Source of the DNA: Alkalispirochaeta sp.
Lineage (GTDB): Bacteria; Spirochaetota; Spirochaetia; DSM-27196; Alkalispirochaetaceae
Reading direction: 5' to 3'
Assembly (NCBI GenBank): GCA_965242725.1
Contig: CBDESZ010000022.1
Coordinates: forward strand, 64,001 to 128,000
Length of the DNA: 64,000 nt
Part shown: one piece after another, positions 50,162 through 60,723 of the stretch
Layout: the number at the start of each line of letters is the position of its first letter
How positions within the stretch are numbered: the first letter of the stretch is position 1
Position numbers and translations under genes: made by a program
The notes under the pieces: generated by a model
Databases searched by the model: none
What the model saw: the letters and a program-made list of their open reading frames with translations, nothing else
Told to the model about the DNA's origin: nothing

Positions 50162-51910
50162 TTAAATAACCTCTTTGTTGTCCACTTTTGACTGAAGCAT
50201 CCGGGAGAACTCCTCAACGGCCATCGCATCGAGACGCTCTCCGGTGCGGGTACGGGCACTCACTGAACCGGCGGTCTGCTCGTTTTCACCGACCACCAGC
50301 ATGTACGGCACCTTCTGGGTCTGCGCCGTCCGGATCTTGGCGTTCATACGGTTATCCGAGAGGTCGGCCTCCACGCGATACCCCTTTTCAAAGAGGGTCC
50401 GCGCAACCTCCGCCGCGTACTCTTCAAATGCCGGCGCCACCGGAATGACCACCGCCTGAACGGGTGCGAGCCAGACGGGAAAGGCGCCTCCGTAGTGTTC
50501 AATCAGGACACCGAAGAAGCGTTCAAGCGAACCCAGCAGGGCACGGTGTACCATATAGGGCCGTTTTTCCTGGCCGTCCTTGTCGACAAAGGTCATATCG
50601 AATCGCTCCGGCATGTTGAAGTCGAACTGAATGGTCGTCATTTGCCACTCCCGGCCCAGGGCATCCTCGATCTTCAGATCGATTTTGGGTCCGTAAAAAG
50701 CGCCGCCGCCCTCGTCGAGCTCGTACTCCATTCCCTCCGCGTCGAGCGCCTTTCTGAGGCTCTCCGTTGCGCGATCCCAGTCGGCGGGGTCGCCCACTGC
50801 CTTTTCCGGCCGGGTGGAGAGATACGCCTTGATTTTTTGGAAACCGAAGGCGTTCCACATGCGCATCGAAAACTGGAGGACTTCCAGAATTTCCCCCTCG
50901 ATCTGGTCGGGGGTACAGAAGATATGGGCGTCGTCCTGGGTGAATCCCCGCACCCTGAGCAGGCCGTGAAGGACGCCCGAGCGTTCGTACCGGTAGACGG
51001 TACCGAGCTCACCCCATCGAAGGGGAAGATCCCGGTAGCTCCGCTTGTCGGTCTTGTAGATCATGATATGGAAGGGACAGTTCATCGGCTTTGTGTAGTA
51101 GTCGGCGTTGTCCAGCTCCATGGGAGAGTACATGTTTTCCTTGTAGAACCCGAGATGTCCCGAAGTTTCCCAGAGCCAGCTCTTCCCCACGTGGGGCGTA
51201 TAGAGCAGGTCGTACCCGCCTTTTCGGTGCTCCGCCCGCCAGAAATCCTCGATGGCGACGCGAATGCGGGATCCTTTGGGATGCCAGTAAATGAGGCCGC
51301 TTCCCGCTTCCTCGTGGGTGGAAAAGAGGTCCAGTGCCCGTCCAAGCTTGCGGTGATCCCGCTTTTCAACTTCAGCGAGCCAGTTCAAATGCTCCCGCAG
51401 CTCCTTGGGCGTCTCCCAGGCGGTGCCGTAAATGCGCTGCAGCATCGGCCGCTTCTCATCACCCCGCCAGTATGCGCCCGCCACGTTGAGCAGCTTGAAG
51501 GACTTGGGGTGGATATCCGCGGTACTCTCCACATGGGGCCCCTTGCAGAGGTCCACAAAGGTATCGACGGTATAGGTGGAGACCTCAACATCCTCGGGCA
51601 GATCATCGATGAGTTCGATCTTGAAGGGCTGGTCCCGGAATATCTCCCGCGCCTTCTCCTTGCCCACCACTTCCCGGGTCAGTTCATGTTTGCCCGTGAC
51701 GATTGTGCGCATTTTTTCTTCGATCTCTTCAAGATCTTCCGGTTTCAGGGACCTGGGCAGGTCGAAATCGTAGTAGAACCCGTTCTCTATGGGCGGACCA
51801 ATGGCGATTTTTGCGTCCGGAAAGAGTTGCAGCACCGCCTCAGCCATGACGTGCGCCGTGGTGTGCCTAATTCGATAAAGTTTCTCGTCACGAGTCAGGG
51901 ATTCTCCCAT
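50162..51910 (-). CDS. thrS: Threonine--tRNA ligase (short form lacking the TGS domain)
   Basis: HTTAH, DLCKGPH, KPMNCPFH, RVRGFTQDDAH, AFYGPKID, HRALLGSLERF. Confidence 0.98.
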   Translation of the reverse strand: MGESLTRDEKLYRIRHTTAHVMAEAVLQLFPDAKIAIGPPIENGFYYDFDLPRSLKPEDLEEIEEKMRTIVTGKHELTREVVGKEKAREIFRDQPFKIELIDDLPEDVEVSTYTVDTFVDLCKGPHVESTADIHPKSFKLLNVAGAYWRGDEKRPMLQRIYGTAWETPKELREHLNWLAEVEKRDHRKLGRALDLFSTHEEAGSGLIYWHPKGSRIRVAIEDFWRAEHRKGGYDLLYTPHVGKSWLWETSGHLGFYKENMYSPMELDNADYYTKPMNCPFHIMIYKTDKRSYRDLPLRWGELGTVYRYERSGVLHGLLRVRGFTQDDAHIFCTPDQIEGEILEVLQFSMRMWNAFGFQKIKAYLSTRPEKAVGDPADWDRATESLRKALDAEGMEYELDEGGGAFYGPKIDLKIEDALGREWQMTTIQFDFNMPERFDMTFVDKDGQEKRPYMVHRALLGSLERFFGVLIEHYGGAFPVWLAPVQAVVIPVAPAFEEYAAEVARTLFEKGYRVEADLSDNRMNAKIRTAQTQKVPYMLVVGENEQTAGSVSARTRTGERLDAMAVEEFSRMLQSKVDNKEVI

Positions 51911-52134
51911 TGGTTAACCTCCACATAGTTTCGCGTGCCCCGCTGTTGCGGTACCCGAAATACCAAGAATATCCGGCTGACGCCGTCTATTTTTGTATGA
52001 GTATACCCTCCCGGTACATACCTCATGGAAATCTGACACTTCCGAGAAGGGACGCGCCCCGCCGACTTGCCTTTCCATGGGATATGAACAGAAGCGAGCA
52101 CCATAGGCATATCACCGGACGGCTCCCCTGTCAA
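51911..52134 (-). promoter_or_regulatory. Long structured thrS leader
   Basis: -35 TTGACA at 52134-52129. Long stem 52017-52031/52072-52086. Confidence 0.45.
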
Positions 52135-52193
52135 GAAAGCGCGCCTCCTCGTCGGCGCCGTCACGTGTGCCCGGCCCCTGCCTGCTGCCCTCC

Positions 52194-54353
52194 CTACCGC
52201 CGGTCGAACCAGTCGGTCTGAAGGACAAGCATCGACCTGGCGGGGACGTCGAGACGCGTTCCCCCCGGTACCACATTCTCCGCTCCGGAATCGGGAAAAT
52301 CCCGGGGCGAGACCTGGGAGGTATCGAGAATACATCGCCACGAAAGTCCCCGCGGCGGGTCCGCTATGGTGAATGCCGTGTGATCACGCCCGGCGTTGAA
52401 AATAATGAAAAAGTCGTCGTCCACCCGTTCACCGGTGGACGCAAGTTCCGTACCGTCGATATAGACGGCGAAGGAAGAGCGGTCGAGCCCCCAGTCGAGG
52501 GGGCGCCCATCAGCGCCGTGCCATTCGATATCGGCCCGGGTGCTGCGGCTCGTATCACGACCGGTGTAAAAATCGGGGCGTCGAAAGACGGGATGGCGCC
52601 GGCGCAAGGCGATGAGCATGCGGGTGAAGCGAAAGACCTCGCCGTAGCGTTCCCCAAGGCGGTAGTCATTCCAGCTCAGTTCATTGTTCTGGCAGTAGGC
52701 GTTGTTGTTTCCCCGCTGGGTTCGGCCGAACTCATCTCCCGACAGAAGCATAGGGGTGCCAAGGGAGAGAATAAGCGTGGCGAGAAAGTTCTTCATTTGC
52801 CTGATCCGTACCGCCTGGATATCGGGGTCGGACGTTTCACCCTCAACTCCGTAGTTGAAGCTGTAGTTTCCGTTGTGGCCGTCCCGGTTTTCCTCTCCGT
52901 TTGCCTCGTTGTGTTTCTGGTTGTAGCTCACCAGATCACGCAGGGTAAATCCGTCATGGGCGGTGATGAAGTTGATACTGTGAAAGGGCGTCCGCCCGTC
53001 ACGGTGGTACAGATCTGCGCTGCCGGCGAATCGCGTCGCCACGGAACCGACTGTGTTCTTATCGCCCCGCCAATAGCGCCGCACGTCGTCCCTGAACCGG
53101 TCGTTCCACTCCGCCCACCGCCCCTGGAAAGCGCCGACCTGATAGGCGCCACCGGCGTCCCACGCCTCGGCGATGATCTTCGTGTCCCGAAGGATGGGAT
53201 CTTCGGCTATTCGCTCCAGGATCGGCGCGTTGTCAAGCATCCGTCCCGCAGGGTCGCGGCCGAGTACGCTGCCCAGATCAAAGCGGAAGCCGTCCACGTG
53301 CATATCCACAACCCAGTAGTGGAGCGCTTCGGTGATGAGGGTCCGCATGACGGGATTATTGCAGTTGAGGGTGTTCCCGGTACCGGAGTAGTTGCGGTAG
53401 AAGCGCCTGTTTTCGTCGAGCATATAATAGGTCGTGTTGTCGATGCCGCGAAAACTGAGGGTGGGACCGAGCTCATTGCCCTCTCCTGAGTGGTTGAAAA
53501 CGACATCCAGTATCACTTCGATGCCGGCACGGTGGAACTCACGGACCATCTCCTTGAACTCCGTCACCTGTTCTCCAAGCGCTCCATCCGCGGCATAGGA
53601 ACCCTTGGGTGCAAAGAACGCGATCGTGTTATAGCCCCAGTAGTTCGTGAGCCGTTCCCCGGTGAGCGGGTTGTGCCGGGGAACCTCAAACTCGTCAAAC
53701 TCCTGTACCGGAAGAAATTCCACACTCGTAATTCCCAGATCCTGCAAATAGGGAATCATCTCGACGGCGCCGCGGTAGGTGCCCGGGTGCCGCACCTCCG
53801 CGCTTGGGTGGGTCGACAATCCCCGAATGTGCGCCTCATAGATGATCGTCTCCCGCAGGGGATAGTTGAGGGGTCGGTCGCCCTCCCAATCAAAGGAGTC
53901 ATCAATGACGATACACTTCGGAAGTTTTCCCGCGTCGCCGGAACCGCGAAATGAGAGGTCCCTGTCCTCCGCAGCAGTCTGATATCCCTGGGCTTCCGAG
54001 AGATCCCATCGAAAATCACCTGTCAGTGCTTTGGCGTAGGGGTCAAGAAGCATCCGGTACTTGTTGAAGCGCAGCCCCTTTTCCGGTGCAAAGGGGCCGT
54101 CGACACGGTATGCGTAGAGCGTTCCCACACCGAGACCGTATACCTCGATATGCCAGACGTCACCGGTACGGTGGCGGTCCGGCGTGAGTTCAAACTCCAT
54201 TGTCGGATAGGATGCGTCGGAGCGGTCGTATATCTGCAGCCACACCATCGTCGCGTTGCGGCTCACCAGGGAAAAGTGGGTCCCTTTACTGCTTAAGGTA
54301 GCTCCCAGAGGATACGGTTTTCCTGGTTGAACAAAGACGGCGGCTGACTCCAC
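52194..54353 (-). CDS. glgX: Glycogen debranching enzyme (isoamylase)
   Basis: PLGAT, NYWGY, DVVFNHSGEG, DGFRFDL, AEAWD, TAHDGFTL, GNNNAYCQ. Confidence 0.95.
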   Translation of the reverse strand: MESAAVFVQPGKPYPLGATLSSKGTHFSLVSRNATMVWLQIYDRSDASYPTMEFELTPDRHRTGDVWHIEVYGLGVGTLYAYRVDGPFAPEKGLRFNKYRMLLDPYAKALTGDFRWDLSEAQGYQTAAEDRDLSFRGSGDAGKLPKCIVIDDSFDWEGDRPLNYPLRETIIYEAHIRGLSTHPSAEVRHPGTYRGAVEMIPYLQDLGITSVEFLPVQEFDEFEVPRHNPLTGERLTNYWGYNTIAFFAPKGSYAADGALGEQVTEFKEMVREFHRAGIEVILDVVFNHSGEGNELGPTLSFRGIDNTTYYMLDENRRFYRNYSGTGNTLNCNNPVMRTLITEALHYWVVDMHVDGFRFDLGSVLGRDPAGRMLDNAPILERIAEDPILRDTKIIAEAWDAGGAYQVGAFQGRWAEWNDRFRDDVRRYWRGDKNTVGSVATRFAGSADLYHRDGRTPFHSINFITAHDGFTLRDLVSYNQKHNEANGEENRDGHNGNYSFNYGVEGETSDPDIQAVRIRQMKNFLATLILSLGTPMLLSGDEFGRTQRGNNNAYCQNNELSWNDYRLGERYGEVFRFTRMLIALRRRHPVFRRPDFYTGRDTSRSTRADIEWHGADGRPLDWGLDRSSFAVYIDGTELASTGERVDDDFFIIFNAGRDHTAFTIADPPRGLSWRCILDTSQVSPRDFPDSGAENVVPGGTRLDVPARSMLVLQTDWFDRR

Positions 54354-54374
54354 GATGGTCGATTATACTACACC

Positions 54375-55190
54375 CTATCGGAGATGACCGAGTACCAGCT
54401 GAAGAAAACGTTCTTTCTCTTCCACGTGGAGCCAGTGTCCCGCCTCCTGAATGGTCTCATAACTGACGTCGGGAAAATGGCGGGAGAAGAGTGACCGGTC
54501 GTCGTCCGCCACGTAGGTTGAGGCGCCGCCGGCGATAACCGCGACGGGCCCTTCGTACCGCTCATCACGGTAGGGCCAGTCGGTGATGTCGGGATACCCC
54601 GCCCGTATGCCCTCGAGATCAAGCTGCCAGCGATATCCGCTATCGCCGGAAACAAGGCTTTTCAGCAGAAAGAGCCGTACCGCTTTTTCAGGAATGTCTT
54701 CCGCCATGAGACGCTCGGCGGCGCTCCTGTTTTCCGGTGCCGCCCCGGCGACGCGCTCCATGGCGCGAAAGATCGTGTCGTGTCGCGGGGGATACCGCTT
54801 CGGTGAGATGTCGGCGACGATCAGGGAAGAAAGGGCGGCCGGTCGGGAAAGTGCCATGGCCATCGCCACTTTACCACCCATTGAGTGGCCGAGAAGCGAA
54901 ACGGGAGCACCTTCGCTGCCGTAACCCAGCTCTTCAAGGGCATTCCACATCGTCTCACTGAGCATCTGATAGGTGAAAGAATCGATCGAACGGGAGCTCC
55001 CGTGTCCGGGCAGGTCGGGAAGAAGGACGGTCCGGGAGGATGAAAGGGCGCGACCGTGGGAACGCCAGTTATCGCCGGAACCAAACAGACCGTGAAGGAC
55101 GACGAGCGGCATCGATGCATCGCTGCCGCTCCGGACGTGCTCCTCCGATGACTCGGTCAGCACACGCCAGAATACGCCGCCGGCTTCCAC
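54375..55190 (-). CDS. Alpha/beta hydrolase (YbfF-like esterase)
   Basis: LHGLFGS..NW, GHSMGGK, AGHWLH. Confidence 0.9.
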   Translation of the reverse strand: MEAGGVFWRVLTESSEEHVRSGSDASMPLVVLHGLFGSGDNWRSHGRALSSSRTVLLPDLPGHGSSRSIDSFTYQMLSETMWNALEELGYGSEGAPVSLLGHSMGGKVAMAMALSRPAALSSLIVADISPKRYPPRHDTIFRAMERVAGAAPENRSAAERLMAEDIPEKAVRLFLLKSLVSGDSGYRWQLDLEGIRAGYPDITDWPYRDERYEGPVAVIAGGASTYVADDDRSLFSRHFPDVSYETIQEAGHWLHVEEKERFLQLVLGHLR

Positions 55191-55210
55191 GGTCCGTTCG
55201 TCAGTTGAGT

Positions 55211-56308
55211 TTACCGTGTCTTCTTACCCCGTTTTTTGCTGCGCTTCTGTGCGATTGCGCGCTTGGTTGCCTCCACCTCGGCGGAGGTGGGACCCGCATC
55301 CTTTGTCGAGGAGCTTTTGGCCCCCCCTTCGGATTTTGCGGATGCTGCGGCGGCGTCCGACGATTTGACGGTGGCACCTTTGTGATACCGTTCAATGTCA
55401 CGCCGTTTTCTCCGTGCCACTGCGCCGTTATGCCATGCCAGAAGAACGGGCGAGGCGACAAAGACGGAGGAGTAGGTACCGACGACCACACCGATGATCA
55501 GTTTCAGGGCAAAGAGCTGTATCTGACCGGTGCTGAAAATATAGATCGCCGCGACCGCAAGAAGCGTTGTCAGCGATGTGATGAGGGTACGGCTCAGACT
55601 CTGGGTGATGCTCGTGTTGATCACCGACCGGAAGGAGCTGTCCCGCAGAAGAACTTCGTTTTCCCTGATACGGTCAAAAATGACGATCGTGTCGTTCAGG
55701 GAGTATCCGATAATCGTCAGAACCGCGGCGATCGAGGCAGTCGAAACTTCAAGCTGCAGCGTCCCGATGACACCCAGGATAATGAGAACGTCGTGTACCA
55801 GCGCGGTAATCGATGCCAGGGCATATCCCAGACGGAAACGAAACCACAGATAGGCGAGAATCAGGAGCAGTGCAAAGACGGTGAGATATACCGCCTGGCT
55901 GGTCAGGTCCTCGGAAAAACGCGGTCCCACATAGGAGGCCTGAAGTTCTTCGATCCGGGAGCCCGAAAACGCGCTGCCCAGAGAATCGAGAATCTCCGCG
56001 CTTGCCACCTGTTCAAAATTGTCGATGCTCCCGTCGTCGCGCACACGGATGACAAACTGGTTGTCCTCCGCGTCACCGAGGCGCTGGATCTGCGCGCCGT
56101 CGTACTGATCCAGGGCGGAGCGTACGTCTTCGACCTGCACGTCTCCTGCACCTGAAATCTCGACGGTCAGATTCAGACCGGCCTCAAAATCTATGCCCAG
56201 GTTGAAACCACCCTGAGCCACCGTACCGGCGATACCGCCGACAATAACCAGGGCGGAAATGACGAGCATCACCACCCGGGATTTCATGAAGTCGAATACT
56301 CGTTTCAT
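55211..56308 (-). CDS. secF: Protein translocase subunit SecF
   Basis: GIDFEAG, HDV, IIGYSLNDTIVIFDRIREN, GTYSS. Confidence 0.97.
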   Translation of the reverse strand: MKRVFDFMKSRVVMLVISALVIVGGIAGTVAQGGFNLGIDFEAGLNLTVEISGAGDVQVEDVRSALDQYDGAQIQRLGDAEDNQFVIRVRDDGSIDNFEQVASAEILDSLGSAFSGSRIEELQASYVGPRFSEDLTSQAVYLTVFALLLILAYLWFRFRLGYALASITALVHDVLIILGVIGTLQLEVSTASIAAVLTIIGYSLNDTIVIFDRIRENEVLLRDSSFRSVINTSITQSLSRTLITSLTTLLAVAAIYIFSTGQIQLFALKLIIGVVVGTYSSVFVASPVLLAWHNGAVARRKRRDIERYHKGATVKSSDAAAASAKSEGGAKSSSTKDAGPTSAEVEATKRAIAQKRSKKRGKKTR

Positions 56309-58029
56309 GCCTTCCTCCAGGCGATGCTGAGCTTGCTGCGTTTGAGCGTTTCCGTACTGAAGTCAAAGAAGAGCCGGGTGACCACCAGCGCGGTAAACAT
56401 GGACGAGACGATACCGACGGCCAGTGTGACGGCAAAACCCTGAATCGGTCCCGTTCCCAATTGCGAGAGGAACAGTGCAGCGATAAAGGTGGTGATATTG
56501 GCGTCCATGACGGTCCAGAATGCCTTCTGAAAACCCGCCGTGACCGACGCTCGGGCACCTTTTCCGAGACTGTACTCTTCCTTGATACGTTCAAAGATAA
56601 TGACGTTGGCGTCAACTGCCATACCGACGGTCAGGATAATACCGGCGATACTGGTCAACGTCAGCGTGAGATTGAATGCCGACAGAATGGCGACGATGAA
56701 AAAGAGGTTGAGAATCAGCGCCACGTCCGCAACAAGCCCGGCACCTTTATAGTAAATGAACATGAAGACGACGATCAGAATGAACCCGAGGGCCACCGAA
56801 CGCAGTCCCACGTCGATTGCCCGTTCACCCAGCGTCGCTCCCACGACCTGCTGGTTGACGATCTCCAGATCGACGGGCAGCGCCGCGGTCCTCAGGACTA
56901 GGGCGATATTGGACGCCTCTTCATTGCTGAAGCCGGTGATCCGCACCTGACCGGTGGGAATCTCCTCCTGAATACGCGCGTAGGCGCGAACCTTGTCGTC
57001 CATGACGATGGCGAGGGAGCTGCCCACATTGTCCCGGGTCAGTCCGGCAAAGATGTCTGAACCCTGGCCGTCAAGGACAAAGTTGACCGTCGGCTGATTT
57101 GTCAGGGGATCGCGGGCAACCTGGGCGTCCTGAATGTGCGCACCGTCGAGACCGTACTGGTCGATATCTTCATAGATGGCGATCCACCGCACCCGCTCGT
57201 CGATACCGTATTCGTCACGGGTCACATATTCCCGAACCACCGTACCGGCGGGTATGAAATCGGGAGTACCGTCGATTTCGGGCGACCATCCGGGGTTTCT
57301 GTTCTGCAGCTCGATGAGCTGCGAAGTCGCCTCGTCATTGACTATGTGAAAGTTCAGGCTTCCCCGGCCGAGGAGAAAGGAGTTTACCCGCTCACGGTCA
57401 TTGTCGCCGGGAATCTCAATGAGAATCTGATTGTTGTCGCTTGTACGGATCTGCGGCTCGGTAACGCCGAAGCGGTCGATCCTGTTGCGAATGATCTCCA
57501 CCGCCAGGTTGACGGCGTCATCCATTTGCGCCTGCGAGGGCTCCTCGCCCAGTCGCTCCGCAAGACTCTCCCGGTCCGCTTCAAGGGTGACGCTGATACC
57601 GCCTGAAAGGTCCAGACCGAGCTGGACGATCCGTTCTTTCATTTCTTTCAATACAAGAACTTCGTTACGGTAGTGCTGTTCAAGCGTATCAAAGGCCTCA
57701 TTCTGGTCCCTGAAGGCGCGGAGCACATCTGCCGCACCCCATTGTGAGGGAATGTCCTCACCGGTCATCTCCAGATTTTCCTTCGCCGTTTCGGTGAGGA
57801 ACGAGTACTTCGCCGGCAGCGCTTCTTCAGCGGCGGCGGCGGCACGCAATTCATCGAGGGCGACGCGAGCTTCACCTCGCGCCCAGTCCCGGATTTCGAT
57901 ACGAGAACTCTGGGCCAGCAGCTTTTGGTCTTCCGGTATAAAAAAATACCACCGAACGGTCGGTAATATCGCCGTCACGCCAAAAGCCACCAACGCCAGA
58001 ATGATCAACAGACGTAGTCTTTTAGTCAT
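56305..58029 (-). CDS. secD: Protein translocase subunit SecD
   Basis: LGLDLSGG, RIDRFGVTEP, GMAVDANVIIFERIKEE, DANITT. Confidence 0.97.
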   Translation of the reverse strand: MTKRLRLLIILALVAFGVTAILPTVRWYFFIPEDQKLLAQSSRIEIRDWARGEARVALDELRAAAAAEEALPAKYSFLTETAKENLEMTGEDIPSQWGAADVLRAFRDQNEAFDTLEQHYRNEVLVLKEMKERIVQLGLDLSGGISVTLEADRESLAERLGEEPSQAQMDDAVNLAVEIIRNRIDRFGVTEPQIRTSDNNQILIEIPGDNDRERVNSFLLGRGSLNFHIVNDEATSQLIELQNRNPGWSPEIDGTPDFIPAGTVVREYVTRDEYGIDERVRWIAIYEDIDQYGLDGAHIQDAQVARDPLTNQPTVNFVLDGQGSDIFAGLTRDNVGSSLAIVMDDKVRAYARIQEEIPTGQVRITGFSNEEASNIALVLRTAALPVDLEIVNQQVVGATLGERAIDVGLRSVALGFILIVVFMFIYYKGAGLVADVALILNLFFIVAILSAFNLTLTLTSIAGIILTVGMAVDANVIIFERIKEEYSLGKGARASVTAGFQKAFWTVMDANITTFIAALFLSQLGTGPIQGFAVTLAVGIVSSMFTALVVTRLFFDFSTETLKRSKLSIAWRKA

Positions 58030-58056
58030 TCATTAACTCCGATGGGAGACGTTTGC

Positions 58057-58452
58057 TCAGTTTTTACCGGAATCGTCGTTTGCCGATTCATCGGCAACTT
58101 CAGTCTTGGATTCCCCAGCCTTCTTATCCAGAATCGAGCTGATCGCGCTCCGTGAAAACTGCATCTTCGTGCTGTCGTCGACCTTGAGAACCACCACGTC
58201 ATCCTTTAAGGAAAAGACGGTTCCCCGTATTCCGCCGATCGTTACCACCCGGTCACCCTTCTTGAGAGCGGCGAGCATCTGTTTTGTCTCTTTTTGCCGT
58301 TTATTCTGGGGTCGAATAATGAGGAAATAGAAAATCGCGAAAACGAGACCGAAGGTTACCAGTGTGGGGGCAACCGATGCAGGTCCCGATGCCGCAGCGC
58401 CGCCTGCCGGCGCACCCATGAGTAACGGCAACTCCTGAAGAATATTCATCAT
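58057..58452 (-). CDS. yajC: Preprotein translocase subunit YajC
   Basis: FYFLIIRPQ, LKKGDRVVTIGGI.G. Confidence 0.95.
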   Translation of the reverse strand: MMNILQELPLLMGAPAGGAAASGPASVAPTLVTFGLVFAIFYFLIIRPQNKRQKETKQMLAALKKGDRVVTIGGIRGTVFSLKDDVVVLKVDDSTKMQFSRSAISSILDKKAGESKTEVADESANDDSGKN

Positions 58453-58542
58453 CTACGTGTCCTTTATAATCTGAAAAATCGTTGGCTACGGTACCACGCA
58501 CGCGGTAGCGGGTCAAGTTGGACCGTCTCGAATCGCGTCACC

Positions 58543-58839
58543 TCACGACACAATGGAGACTTTCGTCACCGATTCGGGTATTTCAAAGACCCCGTACATT
58601 CGCTGCAGCGCCTCCGGCGAGGACGCGTCGATTCCCGTCGCGGCGATATAGTCGGGGAAGAACGTTTCCAGTTCGCCGTCATAGAGGGCGGCACAAAAAG
58701 CCGGTCTGTACAACCCCTCTTTGAGCAGCTCCCCGGCACTCATCGATCCATACCGCTTGCGTGCTTTCCCGTCGACCACGGCCGTGTCGCCCTGATACCC
58801 GATGGTAAAAATAAAATCGCTTCGTTTCATTTCCGCCAT
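58543..58839 (-). CDS. Conserved hypothetical protein
   Basis: GGAGG-type SD and protein-like composition (FIFTIGYQG..AVVDG). Confidence 0.7.
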   Translation of the reverse strand: MAEMKRSDFIFTIGYQGDTAVVDGKARKRYGSMSAGELLKEGLYRPAFCAALYDGELETFFPDYIAATGIDASSPEALQRMYGVFEIPESVTKVSIVS

Positions 58840-58886
58840 TCTCTGATTCCTCCGTTATCGCCGCCGCCGGCACGCGCAAAAGCGCC

Positions 58887-58916
58887 AAAAAAAGGCGGGG
58901 TATGGAAACCCCGCCT
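58887..58916 (-). terminator. Rho-independent terminator of groEL
   Basis: Minus strand AGGCGGGGT-TTCCAT-ACCCCGCCT followed by a T-run. Confidence 0.85.
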
Positions 58917-58948
58917 CATACTACCATACGTTGGCGTGACGGCGTCGA

Positions 58949-60649
<1,701 letters not shown>

Positions 60650-60723
60650 TTACGCGTCCATCTGACGCGCTGGCAAAGATACAAATGTTTTTCCGAATCA
60701 TCAACTGATTTTTTCAAATTAAT

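Noticed and set aside
50162..51910. ThrRS lacking the N-terminal TGS domain as a truncation
   Set aside because: It has a good SD and start codon, and short ThrRS forms are known in spirochaetes.
51935..51965. GGGTACCGC resembling a T-box upstream of thrS
   Set aside because: It lacks the UGGN bulge, a recognisable Stem I and a terminator.
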